From the IMG/VR virus record IMGVR_UViG_3300010938_000017: DNA of 64,000 nt. The stretch is one strand, 5' to 3'. The notes under the pieces are model-generated. The model was given only the letters and a program-made list of their open reading frames with translations, searched no databases and was not told the DNA's origin. The DNA is from a virus. Its lineage: Duplodnaviria > Heunggongvirae > Uroviricota > Caudoviricetes. Within the stretch, counting starts at the first letter, position 1, and each line of letters begins with the position of its first letter. The position numbers and the translations under genes were made by a program. Below, piece by piece: positions 28,640 through 39,151 of this stretch.

Positions 28640-30262
28640 TTACAAACCACAAACGCCATTTATACACTCATTTTCCGTTTCTTCAAAGACTTTTCCTTCA
28701 TCCTTTAAAGCCTCATCTAAAGAAACTCGCGTTAAAGGTTGGCCACCACGAGAACCATCAGGATACACAGTAAACCCTCTTAATCTTTTTGCGTAATTTA
28801 ATAATATATCACATTTTTCTTTAAGATTGTTTTCGTTATTTTTTTCTGATCCCCATTTTGGTAGATTACATGTAGATGAAATTGCCATATCAATATAATT
28901 TTGTATATCTGCTTGAAATTTAACTCTTTCTTTAAAATCAATATCATATGAATCTTTTATATTCTCAAGTTTAACCCCTTGGTCCATTAAACGTTTCACA
29001 GTACCGTCTACTACATATTGATAAACCCATTTATCCTTGCTTTGTAAATATCGTCTTTTATAAGCTTTGCAAAATAACGGTTCAATTCCTGTTGTGGTTT
29101 CGGCTAAAATTCCTAGGGTACCTGTAGGAGCTATTGCCCTTACACCTTTAGGTACAGCGACCTTCAATTCTTTAGCAGTAATGAATGCAGAACTATCAGA
29201 TTCATCTTCATAGATTTTAAGCCATTTATGAAGCTCAGGAACTACTTCATAATCATGTCCACGAACTATGAGCCACTCATGAAGACCACCAAGCCCAAGA
29301 CCAATCCTATTATTTTTATCACCAACCTCACGAATACGTTGACTGGGAACGTCACTGTAAATTCCTCCACAGATTAAGAATTTGGTGGCGAGTTCTGTTG
29401 CTTCTTTGAATTCTCTTTTGTTTTCAAAACGATTGATCCAGAGAGTACCCAAATTACACTTGTCAGAATCATCTTCACTGACCACTTCAGTACAAGCATT
29501 CCGTAGTGACTCATTGTCCTTACGAAAGTTGAATGACATGCCTGGTTCAGCACTTGAGAAAGCTTGTTCACAATTTTTCATCCAAATCTGCATAGCCATG
29601 AGATGCTTAGGGTGATTTACATTATTTACTGCCATAAAAAACTCAGTATCATAGATAACTGAGATATTAGTTAACTCCATAGGTACAGGAAAGGTAAAAT
29701 CCTTTTCTTTGATAGCTTTAACATCCTGAGGCCAGTCTTTAAGAGCCATGAACTTTTGAATATCAGGATGTGCCCAGTTGAGTCCTGCCCAAATAGCAGA
29801 TCGACGTTGACCACCTTGCATAATATATCGACCAGCTTCATTAACCATATTCATAAGTGCAATAGGACCTGTAGAAGTGCCTCCAGTTCGCTTTATACGT
29901 GCTCCCTCTTCACGTAGAGAGGAATAGTCAAGACCTATGCCGCCGCCTGTCATAAGGGCTGCTGTAGCCTTATTCATAGCATCTGCCCAGCCTTCACGAC
30001 TATCTTCAGCACGAAATAAGAAACAGTTATTAACTTGGTGTAATGGACGACCAGATGAATAGAGATAGCGGCCACCTGGAATGAATTTTCGTTCCAGCAT
30101 AAGCTTATAGATCTTCTCTTGAGTGTCAATATTAAGTAATTGACCACATACAGAAGTTACAACTCTACGACAAGTGTCTTTCCACTTTTCAGCACCATCA
30201 AGGCTGTATTTTTGTAAATAAATATCATTAGCAAATTTGCTTGAAAAAACATCTGTTGGCAT
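28640..30262 (-). CDS. ribonucleotide reductase catalytic subunit, compact (540 aa), probably class II-like
   Basis: Catalytic motifs NNCFLF..D (first Cys) and NACTE (N-x-C-x-E) are present, with a C-terminal CxxxxC pair. No beta subunit or activase gene is in the window. Confidence 0.7.
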   Translation of the reverse strand: MPTDVFSSKFANDIYLQKYSLDGAEKWKDTCRRVVTSVCGQLLNIDTQEKIYKLMLERKFIPGGRYLYSSGRPLHQVNNCFLFRAEDSREGWADAMNKATAALMTGGGIGLDYSSLREEGARIKRTGGTSTGPIALMNMVNEAGRYIMQGGQRRSAIWAGLNWAHPDIQKFMALKDWPQDVKAIKEKDFTFPVPMELTNISVIYDTEFFMAVNNVNHPKHLMAMQIWMKNCEQAFSSAEPGMSFNFRKDNESLRNACTEVVSEDDSDKCNLGTLWINRFENKREFKEATELATKFLICGGIYSDVPSQRIREVGDKNNRIGLGLGGLHEWLIVRGHDYEVVPELHKWLKIYEDESDSSAFITAKELKVAVPKGVRAIAPTGTLGILAETTTGIEPLFCKAYKRRYLQSKDKWVYQYVVDGTVKRLMDQGVKLENIKDSYDIDFKERVKFQADIQNYIDMAISSTCNLPKWGSEKNNENNLKEKCDILLNYAKRLRGFTVYPDGSRGGQPLTRVSLDEALKDEGKVFEETENECINGVCGL

Positions 30263-30272
30263 AACTTCCCTT

Positions 30273-30512
30273 TTAAAAATTTATATCTTCAATATCAGTA
30301 GTATCGGCTGTTACTTTCTTAATTGCAACCCAAGGATAGAATGATAGCGGTTGATTTAACCTTGATCGGTCAAAGGCTTCTATACCATCATGTGTAATAG
30401 TGCTCAAAATAACGTAATCACGAGATCCGTTATGAAAAACAATAATAGCTTCATCACCACTCTTAAGCCCAGCAATTGTCATTGAATTATCAATAGTTAT
30501 TACATTATCCAT
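30273..30512 (-). CDS. hypothetical protein
   Basis: 79-aa ORF. Confidence 0.4.
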   Translation of the reverse strand: MDNVITIDNSMTIAGLKSGDEAIIVFHNGSRDYVILSTITHDGIEAFDRSRLNQPLSFYPWVAIKKVTADTTDIEDINF

Positions 30513-30769
30513 TAATCAATCGCTATTCCATCAGTAGGTTGTGCTCCACGCAGTTCTACAAATTCTAGTATTTCATGATGACGTATTGAAAAGGTTTTAC
30601 CACTCTTAGCTTCACGAACTAGGCTAACAGGTAAAAGATCTTCATCGTACCAATTAAGTTCAATTTCAAATATAACACCACCGCGACGATGATGAACGTA
30701 AGTCGTTGGAGGGAACTTGTGTTTCTGTAAAAAGAAACGTCTATACAGTCTACCGATCAGTTTTTTCAT
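30512..30769 (-). CDS. hypothetical protein
   Basis: 85-aa ORF. Confidence 0.4.
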   Translation of the reverse strand: MKKLIGRLYRRFFLQKHKFPPTTYVHHRRGGVIFEIELNWYDEDLLPVSLVREAKSGKTFSIRHHEILEFVELRGAQPTDGIAID

Positions 30770-31056
30770 TTTTTAACTCCTCTATTTAAGAAATCTTCAA
30801 TTGGATTATCGACTCTCTCTATTAATTTCAAATATTGAGCGTATCCAATTTTTCCAAAGTATCCGTCATCTGTGATATAAACATCCCTTAAATATTTTGT
30901 ATAGTTCCCACTTAAAGGGAAAAATTTAACTATATAGCCAGCAAAGTTTTGCATCTCTTTAACTTCATTAATAAAAATTAAAGCGTTATCAGTTAATTCT
31001 CGTACAGTTGCAGCATCATCATACATAGTTACAAATTTATTATTTAGCTTTTTCAT
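30766..31056 (-). CDS. hypothetical protein
   Basis: 96-aa ORF. Confidence 0.4.
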   Translation of the reverse strand: MKKLNNKFVTMYDDAATVRELTDNALIFINEVKEMQNFAGYIVKFFPLSGNYTKYLRDVYITDDGYFGKIGYAQYLKLIERVDNPIEDFLNRGVKK

Positions 31057-31433
31057 TTTTTTGCTCCTGGAGCTAAAGGTGCTCCGTATTTTTCATGTAG
31101 TTCTTGAGATAATGCAAGTGCTCTCCATGCCATAGAGGACACTTCTAATAATAAATCATCTACGCCTTTAGGAGTTAGTGCCCCTCTTTCGTCCATAGCC
31201 AAAAGGTCCTGAACGTCCATTAAATGTCTTATCACACAATCTCCATGATCGGTGCTTTTACCACGGGCATGATGTAATGGTTCACCTGGATTGTGTTTAT
31301 CATTACCTAGCTTAGATGTAAGTGCTATACCGGCCAATGCCGCAGGAAAGTAGCGTATTACTCCACTTAGTAATGGATAGTTTTTACGATCGGCTGAATC
31401 GGTAGGTAATGTGAAAATCCTCTTCTCGCTCAT
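31053..31433 (-). CDS. hypothetical protein
   Basis: 126-aa ORF. Confidence 0.4.
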   Translation of the reverse strand: MSEKRIFTLPTDSADRKNYPLLSGVIRYFPAALAGIALTSKLGNDKHNPGEPLHHARGKSTDHGDCVIRHLMDVQDLLAMDERGALTPKGVDDLLLEVSSMAWRALALSQELHEKYGAPLAPGAKK

Positions 31434-31639
31434 TCTTTTTTCCTAAAATAATATACATTCTCAATAATGTTGTTCTCTGTTACCTGTTTACATACTAATT
31501 CAACCTGACTAGGAAGTAAACCGCTTTCTGCCAAATAAGCTTTAGCAAACGCTTCAATAATCTTATTCTTTTCAGATAAGATCTTCTTCATTGCCTCTTC
31601 AACAGTAATATCTTTAAATTCTAGATCCTTTTTATCCAT
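31430..31639 (-). CDS. hypothetical protein
   Basis: 69-aa ORF. Confidence 0.35.
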   Translation of the reverse strand: MDKKDLEFKDITVEEAMKKILSEKNKIIEAFAKAYLAESGLLPSQVELVCKQVTENNIIENVYYFRKKE

Positions 31640-32126
31640 TCAAAACCTTTGATTCATAAGCATCCATTACTTTAGCTCCGGCAGGTCGGCCATGTTTATA
31701 AAAGTACTGATATGGAAAAAGATCAATCTTTTGTTGTTTCTTCACTCTTTCAAGTGGAATTTCCAATTCTAGCAACTTATGTATAGTTGTCATGCGCCTT
31801 ATTCCAGCTTTTTCTACTTCAAGTATGATTTTACTATACTTTTTATATTCTTTAGCCTTGAATCCAGTGTAAGCCTTTTCGGTCTCTTTATCTATCCTTT
31901 TATTGAGAACCCAATCTAAATGATGACCAAGTTCATGTAATAACGACAGAATTATCTCTGTTTTAGATGTGGTCGAAGAAACAAAGACTGTAATATGTCT
32001 GCCCAGTACATACTGAGCCATATCTGTGTAACGAGTATAAGGACGATAATATATTCTGAGACCAAAGGAATTGGCGAATTTCTTTAACTTGGATATATCT
32101 CTGTCCTGTTTTGTCATTCCAAACAC
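31632..32126 (-). CDS. HExxH zinc-metallopeptidase-like protein
   Basis: SLLHELGHHLDW motif. Confidence 0.45.
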   Translation of the reverse strand: MFGMTKQDRDISKLKKFANSFGLRIYYRPYTRYTDMAQYVLGRHITVFVSSTTSKTEIILSLLHELGHHLDWVLNKRIDKETEKAYTGFKAKEYKKYSKIILEVEKAGIRRMTTIHKLLELEIPLERVKKQQKIDLFPYQYFYKHGRPAGAKVMDAYESKVLNG

Positions 32127-33331
32127 ACCGGATAGCTATAAAGGAAAGCATTAGGCAGGTTTTTATCATCAACATAAAAGTTGATGGTTTGACCAGCAGT
32201 CGATGCATACCCTTTTACCTTGGCATATGAATCCTGACCACATGCTGACTCATTGATAATGGCACGACCACGTTCATAACAAACATATTCATGCCAATGG
32301 CCACCACGAAGCATTTTGATCTGAACACCAAGTTGTTTGCTGCGATCTGTGATCAAATCATCAAGCGAGCCTTTTGCCGTGCTCTTAAGATTATCCAAGT
32401 GTTCAAATAGAATGGTGTGACCGTAAATGGTCGAAGTAGTAAATCCACCAACCGGAATATCAAATTTAATATTAGTCAATCCTGCAAGTTCACAATAATC
32501 CTTAAGACAGTTATAAATAACCCAGGTCATATAGTTCTCACCAGGATTATTAAATGTACGATGGACTTCAGTGCGATCATGATTACCGGCAACAGCCGGA
32601 ACGTCAATTTTAATGCCAGTACGAGCTATCGGAAGGAAAACTGCATCAAATAACACCTTAATAGCGGTATAAATCTGTTTTGGATTACCAAACTCACAGC
32701 TTAACGAAGATTCGGAGCCATGCATAGTGTATGATTCCATAATGTCACCAAGCAAAGGTAAAAGAATGCGTTCTACATTATAACCTTGGTCTTGTTTAAA
32801 CTTAAGTTCAGTCAAAAAGACTTCAGTAAGCTTAGTTAAACGAGCCTTTAATACATTGAGATCAAAGCTTTCGCTTTTCTTTCCAAAATGAATATCGGAC
32901 AGCATCATTTCGATGGTCATATTCTTCTTATGGAGTTTAGGATGGAATTTCGGAATCTGTTGCTTTGGGGGATCAAGACGTTCGATAGCAACACGAATAG
33001 TTTTCAAGATTTGTTCTTCAAAATTAATCTGATTACCAAGCTGTTTTTCCAGCTTATTAATATAAGCCTGAATATCCTTTTGTTTATTAATCTCAGCGAG
33101 ATCTTTCTCCGTTACTGGGAAGTATTTCTTGATTCCAGTCATACCACCGAAGGCACGAAGACTCCATTCAGTAACGTTTTCATCTTGAGCCTTAAGCATG
33201 GCCAAATTAACGTTTGATGGATGAATTAAATTGTCTTTAGCAGCTTTTTTTACTAAGTCCTTAATATGTTCTATCGTTAGTTCTGGTTTTTCTTTTTCAG
33301 GTTTCTTAGTATCCTTATCTTTTGACATCAA
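32114..33331 (-). CDS. Mre11/SbcD-like calcineurin-type metallophosphoesterase (nuclease)
   Basis: Motifs LSDIHFG (DxH), LLGDIME (GD), AGNHD (GNHD) and GGHWHE (GHxH) are present, with about 130 aa of N-terminal extension. Confidence 0.65.
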   Translation of the reverse strand: MMSKDKDTKKPEKEKPELTIEHIKDLVKKAAKDNLIHPSNVNLAMLKAQDENVTEWSLRAFGGMTGIKKYFPVTEKDLAEINKQKDIQAYINKLEKQLGNQINFEEQILKTIRVAIERLDPPKQQIPKFHPKLHKKNMTIEMMLSDIHFGKKSESFDLNVLKARLTKLTEVFLTELKFKQDQGYNVERILLPLLGDIMESYTMHGSESSLSCEFGNPKQIYTAIKVLFDAVFLPIARTGIKIDVPAVAGNHDRTEVHRTFNNPGENYMTWVIYNCLKDYCELAGLTNIKFDIPVGGFTTSTIYGHTILFEHLDNLKSTAKGSLDDLITDRSKQLGVQIKMLRGGHWHEYVCYERGRAIINESACGQDSYAKVKGYASTAGQTINFYVDDKNLPNAFLYSYPVCLE

Positions 33332-33539
33332 CTTTGTCCTTTAATAGTTGTTCATGTTCGTAGTACTCAACATAGTACCTAGCTCTTATGTCTTCCAGTT
33401 TCATTAGTGTATCCCATACACCAGCAAATTCAAGTCTATTATACAAATTATCGGCTATTACGTCTAATTCATGCAAAAACATCCTTAATTCCTTAATACG
33501 CTTCTCTGTTTGTTTGACATTTAGGTTAATAACACTCAT
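33315..33539 (-). CDS. hypothetical protein
   Basis: 74-aa ORF. Confidence 0.35.
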   Translation of the reverse strand: MSVINLNVKQTEKRIKELRMFLHELDVIADNLYNRLEFAGVWDTLMKLEDIRARYYVEYYEHEQLLKDKVDVKR

Positions 33540-36103
33540 TTTAGTGCCTCAAGTGCTTTGGCTTGTTTTGGCGAGTGATATTTAGGAAATTTCTCAATAT
33601 CCACAACATTTTCAAGAATCCTTGCGGTATCAAAGATACGTTTAAGATAAGCCTTAGTATCCTGATCCTTACCATTCCATAATTCCGGAAATCGATAGAT
33701 ATCATTTGGAATCATCTTTACTTCACCAGTCTTCTTAACGATCACTGGCTCACCTTTCTGCATCTTTGGGCGCTCTCCATCGATAGCAGAGTACAACCAA
33801 ATCTTGTCACCTTCTTGAATACCGGCAATGACGCCACGTTTGATAGCTTCATCAATTGCATCTTTAGGATCTTGTTCATTAGCTCGTTTAGGATTTAGAA
33901 TCGATTTAGTAACAGTTTTCTTAGTTACCCAGTCCATGACTTTAAAATTGTAAGCCACTTCACGACAAGCATCGTTATAAAGTCTGATTAACTCAGAGTC
34001 GCCGCCATCAACCAAAAGAACGTCAATCATCTGTCTTAATAATTTAAGCAAACGAGGCTCTTTCTTTTGATCAGTTAAAGATGACCCTTTAATTTTAACT
34101 TTAGGATTACCATTCTTATCCAGATCCTTAGGTTTACACCAGTCTTTATGTTTCTTTAGAATGTAATTCTTAGCTTTAACTACAATTACTTTTTCATACA
34201 CTCCATCGTCTTCCCACTTGATCAATTCGGGGTAAAGATTATTTAATGTAAGAATTTGACTATTAAAATCCGCTTTAGTCGGAACAGTGTTATCAGTATA
34301 GCTGAAACTATCAGTATCGACGTTTACCAGTTGATATCCAAGACCGGCTGAGATTTTATCTCCCACAATCCAATGGAATCTTTCTTCTTCGTCCTCTGTA
34401 CCTTCATTACGTACCGTTTTTAGAACTTTATTCAGCGTCAAACCAGTGGCCCATTCAACACCCTTAAGAAGTATTTCTCGACCATATTTAGTAACTGCTG
34501 CGGCACCTTCAGGATAGTTAAATAATAGGAAGCCAGCGCCCAAAAAACCGTACATAGAGTTAATCACGATTTTTTGTGCATTCTGCATGTCATCGTAATA
34601 TTTTTCACCTGTTGAACTAGCTAATGCTTTATTTGATAGACGTTCAGTACGAAAATAATCAAGTATCTTGAGCATATTCCGATGTGGATCTTTTTTCTTA
34701 TCGTAAATGTCGTATTGCAACATGATCGATGGATAAAGTGACGCAACGTCAACTTTTCGAACATTACTATAGCTGCCAGGGACACCCATTGAAATAGCGC
34801 CTTCAAATTCTTCTTTTCTAGAAGAACGAGGTAAACTATAACCATCCTGTAAGTACGAACGAATCATCAGTGAGTCAAGTTGACTTCCTGAAGCTTCATT
34901 GATTACTTGTTGAAGTGTTTTAGGGACAGATTGGCAAAGATAAAAGAAAGCCGGGATCATGATGTCAAACATTTTAATAGGACTATCACTATCATCAGCG
35001 CAATATTGTCTAAATTTTGCCCAAATCTCATTATTACCATTTTTCTTAGCTTCTATCAGCTTTTTCACTGGCCACTCTTGAAAGTCCCAAGTACGATCTT
35101 CTTCCACTAGTCCAAGGTGTTTTTCAATAGCTTTAAGACCGTAACTCGGAAATTCACGAGCAAGGTCATATTTAATCGATAAAAAGAACGTATCGATGAT
35201 TTCTCGACCATTAATGAATCCATTGAAGTATTCATATTGCTGAGAGCCGTCCTTACGCATTTTTGAGGCTTTTTTATCAAAAATAATTCTAGAACCATCG
35301 CGGCCCCAGGTTAAGCCAGGTGAGTTTTCATCAGCATAAGGTAAATCGTATGAAAGGATGTTGTGACCTAGAATAATATCAGGATTCTTCTCTCTTACGT
35401 AATTATTTACTGCTGCCCAAAATTCTTCTGGGTTTTCATCGTAATCAAATATATCAAATAGTCGTTTTTCAATTACACCTTCACGACTTCGATAAGTGAT
35501 CGATAACAGTACAACCTGTGCATCTTCAGCGTTCTTATCTAATCCTGGAGCCTCTAAGTCGAATGACATTAACGAGACTTGGTTGACCTTCATTCCTTTG
35601 TAGTAAGTCATACCTGTACGTATCAAAAGACCTTCAGAGGCTGTTCTAGGAGTCCAAATGCGAGGATTCCAGCTTTCTCTCAAGGAGTAATACTGGTCCT
35701 CTGGTAAATCCTTAATGTACTTATAATACTGGTGTCCTTTGAGGCGTTGACAGCCTTCATCCCAATTAGTGCCGACAGCCCAATTGTAGTACTCACGTTC
35801 CTCTACCGTACCGTCAGCTTTATAGATATAAGCGACTTCGTTATCTACTGTGACATTAACAATGCCTTCAGTAGTGTCTTTACCAAAAATAAGCGGATCA
35901 TATTTTTTTGATGGCTGTGACTTATTATACTCAGCAGGAATATGAACTTTCATACCATTAGTATCAGTATAAATATAATTACCATCAGTATCAAAACTCA
36001 TAGTCGTAAACTGTGGAAGCTGACCATTTAGAAATTCAACAAAGTCTTTCCAGTCTGATTCGTTATTAATCCAGAACTCATTGGTCATTCTGACTCCCAG
36101 CAA
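33536..36103 (-). CDS. family B DNA polymerase with 3'-5' exonuclease domain
   Basis: Exo I MSFDLEA; pol motif A DVASLYPS; motif B KIVINSMYGFLG; motif C VNVDTDS. Confidence 0.9.
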   Translation of the reverse strand: MLGVRMTNEFWINNESDWKDFVEFLNGQLPQFTTMSFDTDGNYIYTDTNGMKVHIPAEYNKSQPSKKYDPLIFGKDTTEGIVNVTVDNEVAYIYKADGTVEEREYYNWAVGTNWDEGCQRLKGHQYYKYIKDLPEDQYYSLRESWNPRIWTPRTASEGLLIRTGMTYYKGMKVNQVSLMSFDLEAPGLDKNAEDAQVVLLSITYRSREGVIEKRLFDIFDYDENPEEFWAAVNNYVREKNPDIILGHNILSYDLPYADENSPGLTWGRDGSRIIFDKKASKMRKDGSQQYEYFNGFINGREIIDTFFLSIKYDLAREFPSYGLKAIEKHLGLVEEDRTWDFQEWPVKKLIEAKKNGNNEIWAKFRQYCADDSDSPIKMFDIMIPAFFYLCQSVPKTLQQVINEASGSQLDSLMIRSYLQDGYSLPRSSRKEEFEGAISMGVPGSYSNVRKVDVASLYPSIMLQYDIYDKKKDPHRNMLKILDYFRTERLSNKALASSTGEKYYDDMQNAQKIVINSMYGFLGAGFLLFNYPEGAAAVTKYGREILLKGVEWATGLTLNKVLKTVRNEGTEDEEERFHWIVGDKISAGLGYQLVNVDTDSFSYTDNTVPTKADFNSQILTLNNLYPELIKWEDDGVYEKVIVVKAKNYILKKHKDWCKPKDLDKNGNPKVKIKGSSLTDQKKEPRLLKLLRQMIDVLLVDGGDSELIRLYNDACREVAYNFKVMDWVTKKTVTKSILNPKRANEQDPKDAIDEAIKRGVIAGIQEGDKIWLYSAIDGERPKMQKGEPVIVKKTGEVKMIPNDIYRFPELWNGKDQDTKAYLKRIFDTARILENVVDIEKFPKYHSPKQAKALEALK

Positions 36104-36315
36104 TTATCTCGGACCATCATATCACCCATTTTAAACTCACATGAAGATGGTATCATACCTAATTCTTCAATACGCTTTAAAATAGCTTCTGCTTCAACTT
36201 CAAACAAATGTAGATTAACCACATCATCATTAAATGGCGTACACATCGCCTTAATCATATCACTACGCTTCATTCTTTCCAATATTCCTTCAATAGGTAA
36301 ACCAAGTAATCCCAA
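36085..36315 (-). CDS. hypothetical protein
   Basis: 76-aa ORF. Confidence 0.35.
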   Translation of the reverse strand: MGLLGLPIEGILERMKRSDMIKAMCTPFNDDVVNLHLFEVEAEAILKRIEELGMIPSSCEFKMGDMMVRDNCWESE

Positions 36316-36361
36316 TCACCTTGGGCCTGTTCCATTAGTCTTTCCAGTTCTTCTTTAGAAA

Positions 36362-38377
36362 TCATATATCCCAGCCCTTTTTCTCAGCCCGTTGTTCTTC
36401 TTTTGCCGCAGCAATAGATTCACGAAGGTTTTGAAGCTGGTCACGCTCTAGTTTGGTAAGTTCCTTAACTTCACCTTTTAATCCGCCCCAGGAATAATCG
36501 AGAGTTTTAACTTCTCCCATATTATTCTTAACAATAGCGATAGAGGCGAATCGGTCACTTGAAGAATCACGAGGATTAAATCCTGGACGCCACATTGTTA
36601 AGATTACACGACAGTCCTGTTCAATAACACTAGCGCCTTTAACATTACGCATAGATAAAAGTTCTTCACTCGGATCTCCCGCAGATTTCTGCGGTTGAAG
36701 TAATAGGATGATACATACGTCATGGGTGCTTGCTAAATCAGATAACCGACTAGCAACATATCCTGAGTTGGCTGTAGCATCACTATACGGGCCACGAACT
36801 TTTTCGAGGTAGTCAACAACGACAAGCTTGAACTTATCACCGTTCTTAGCCTTGTTAACCTTGATGTCTTCCTCAAGACTTTCGATGGTTGCCCCACGAG
36901 TGAAGTTAAATTCCACATTACGATAAATTTGACCAAGATTCTCAACTGCTTGCAGGATTGAGTTGTCTTTTCTCATGTCGTAGCTAGCGTTATACAAGGG
37001 ATCGCCTTGTATCCGAGATCTCAGTTTGTTTTGTACGTTATCACCTGACTGACGCTGAATAAGACGCATCATCATAAGGTGTTTTGTCATGTCCAGTGAA
37101 TGAAACAGGGGTTTCATACCCTCTTTGGCACTCTTTTCAATGATTGACGTTACCAGTGAGGTTTTACCAGCAGAGGGAGCGCCTAACACACCAACCATCA
37201 TTCCGGTTGTGATAAGGAGCGTCTCATCAAGTGATTTAATACCAGTCTTGATCACATTCTCATTGATGTTGTCTGCGAACTTAAAAAAGCTCTCTTTAAT
37301 AGAATCGAAGGATTCTAGTTTCGAGTTATCGGTAATACCAAACTTTTTGGCTGTCTCTTGAAGTAGCTTGCTATTCTCGATGGAATAGGTGCCGCCCTTC
37401 CAGTTAGGACTATAGATAACTTCGACAACTTCTTTCCAGATTTCATTATTATCGCGTTTTGGAATATTGTAGATCTCTGCGCGTTTTTCATTCACACCTT
37501 TAAGCATGTGATAAGAATCTGTCATATCGAACCCTACATGTTTGTAGGTAGCACACAGAATCAACATGCCTTCATTACCGTGGCTAGGTGGAATAAATCC
37601 TTTATGAAGGGCATACTTCAAATCGGTCAAATAATAAGGTTTTTTACTGAAATCAATTGCATGACTAACTTCTTCTTCAGTTTTTTTAACTTCTTTCTTT
37701 TCTTTCGGTTTCAAAGCAAACAAAGTTTCGGGTAAAGCTATTCGGTTAAATTTCTTAGGAAGCTTTTTGGTTTTTGCTTTCTCTTTAATTTGATCGATAG
37801 ATTCATACAAATCATCAGGATCTAATTGTGTTTTATAAAGGCTGGTTTTGGGATGCTTTGTACCGTCAACACGAAAGATACGTGAAGCATTATATAGTGT
37901 AGGATCAAAGGTTTCCAGATCCCCAGCAATTGCCTGAGCAATATTTTTATGTTGTTCTGGTGTAAGATTTTTGTCGTGATTAACAACCACTGAAAACCCT
38001 TTACCACCGGAAAACGACACATGAATGTCTTCAACGTCAATATTGTGAGCGATTAAACGTTCAACAGTACTAATTGTATCTTGTTTAGCTTTATCAAGAT
38101 CAGTACGATGATCAAAATCAAAACCAATGATATTAGTAACAACATCTTCGATGCCTTCAACACCCTTATCACGAGTATATTTAATCAACTCGCCAGTGTC
38201 TTTAATAAGACGTTCAGCTTCAATTCGCTGCTCTGCATCTTTTTTCTGAGCTTCATTGTATTTATATACTGAAAGGTAATAATCGGTATCTTTTTTAATA
38301 TGATCGTAAACATTTGCATTTTCAGGTATCAACTTACCTACTGAGTTCAAACCGTCTGATAATCGTTGGTACATCAT
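36362..38377 (-). CDS. DNA primase / DnaB-like replicative helicase fusion
   Basis: 671 aa. The C-terminal half has Walker A GAPSAGKTSL and a RecA-like/DnaB helicase pattern. The N-terminal half is primase-like. Confidence 0.75.
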   Translation of the reverse strand: MMYQRLSDGLNSVGKLIPENANVYDHIKKDTDYYLSVYKYNEAQKKDAEQRIEAERLIKDTGELIKYTRDKGVEGIEDVVTNIIGFDFDHRTDLDKAKQDTISTVERLIAHNIDVEDIHVSFSGGKGFSVVVNHDKNLTPEQHKNIAQAIAGDLETFDPTLYNASRIFRVDGTKHPKTSLYKTQLDPDDLYESIDQIKEKAKTKKLPKKFNRIALPETLFALKPKEKKEVKKTEEEVSHAIDFSKKPYYLTDLKYALHKGFIPPSHGNEGMLILCATYKHVGFDMTDSYHMLKGVNEKRAEIYNIPKRDNNEIWKEVVEVIYSPNWKGGTYSIENSKLLQETAKKFGITDNSKLESFDSIKESFFKFADNINENVIKTGIKSLDETLLITTGMMVGVLGAPSAGKTSLVTSIIEKSAKEGMKPLFHSLDMTKHLMMMRLIQRQSGDNVQNKLRSRIQGDPLYNASYDMRKDNSILQAVENLGQIYRNVEFNFTRGATIESLEEDIKVNKAKNGDKFKLVVVDYLEKVRGPYSDATANSGYVASRLSDLASTHDVCIILLLQPQKSAGDPSEELLSMRNVKGASVIEQDCRVILTMWRPGFNPRDSSSDRFASIAIVKNNMGEVKTLDYSWGGLKGEVKELTKLERDQLQNLRESIAAAKEEQRAEKKGWDI

Positions 38378-38429
38378 TTATTTTCCTCTAAACTAGTGTA
38401 CTAAGCATTAATGTCAAAAACAAGTTAAA

Positions 38430-38476
38430 AAAAAAGCCTCAGGACCGAAAGGAAAGTCCGAGGCTCGAAAACAATG
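38430..38476 (-). terminator. Rho-independent terminator
   Basis: The minus strand reads GCCTCGGACTTTCCTTTCGGTCCTGAGGC followed by T9. It lies between the stop at 38488 and the primase-helicase start. Confidence 0.7.
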
Positions 38477-38487
38477 GGGGGTTTGTT

Positions 38488-38835
38488 TTACTTTTCTTCT
38501 TCAACCCGAGGAGGAGGTAGTTGAATTTTGTAACGGAGCCAATCATGTGCATCTTTAGCTGTTTGTCGTCTTGACTCAATTTTGTCTTCGGTAATTGCAC
38601 CGTTCTTGATCAGACCTTCGACTTCTTCAACAGGGCTTTTCAAGATACCAGTACGATATTTATTCAATTCAATAACTTGACCATCAACCATAACAGTAAC
38701 ATTATCTGCTAACTTAAAACCCAGTTTGTAGATGATGTTACCTGCTTTATCTTTAAGTACGTTTCCATCTTTATCTTTTTGTGGGTTACGGGTAATTATA
38801 CCCAGTTCTGGCCAACTATTATTTTTCTTACTCAT
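38488..38835 (-). CDS. hypothetical protein (start trimmed to internal ATG with AAGGAGAA SD)
   Basis: The longest ORF would overlap the upstream gene by 100 nt. An ATG at 38835 has a strong Shine-Dalgarno. Confidence 0.45.
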   Translation of the reverse strand: MSKKNNSWPELGIITRNPQKDKDGNVLKDKAGNIIYKLGFKLADNVTVMVDGQVIELNKYRTGILKSPVEEVEGLIKNGAITEDKIESRRQTAKDAHDWLRYKIQLPPPRVEEEK

Positions 38836-39151
38836 CTGTAGGTTCTCCTTTTTTAATTTTTTCTGCTCTTTCGAATGCGTAACGTAATACTTTACCTTTA
38901 TTCTGCATGATCTCTTGGCAAAAAGCAAACAATTGTTCTTCTGCTTTGCCTTGTAACTTCACTTCTTCAAGAGGTTCAAATAATACAGCCTCTAATACAC
39001 GGGCTACTGAGTTCTTCTTACGAGCTACCCCATAAGCTAGATTACGAAACTCTTTATGAGCCTGGTTAATAAAGAATGCGGCCTCTTCAGTTTCATCCAC
39101 TTTCTTCTGAGTCTGAGGCGTTACCTCAGAGAGGATTCTGTTATTATCCAT
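38828..39151 (-). CDS. hypothetical protein
   Basis: 107-aa ORF. Confidence 0.4.
   Translation of the reverse strand: MDNNRILSEVTPQTQKKVDETEEAAFFINQAHKEFRNLAYGVARKKNSVARVLEAVLFEPLEEVKLQGKAEEQLFAFCQEIMQNKGKVLRYAFERAEKIKKGEPTDE

Noticed and set aside
28268-30262. Group I intron or intein interrupting the RNR gene (given the adjacent LAGLIDADG ORF)
   Set aside because: The RNR ORF is continuous with all catalytic motifs. The endonuclease ORF begins after the RNR stop codon in a separate reading unit, and no intron core elements were recognisable.
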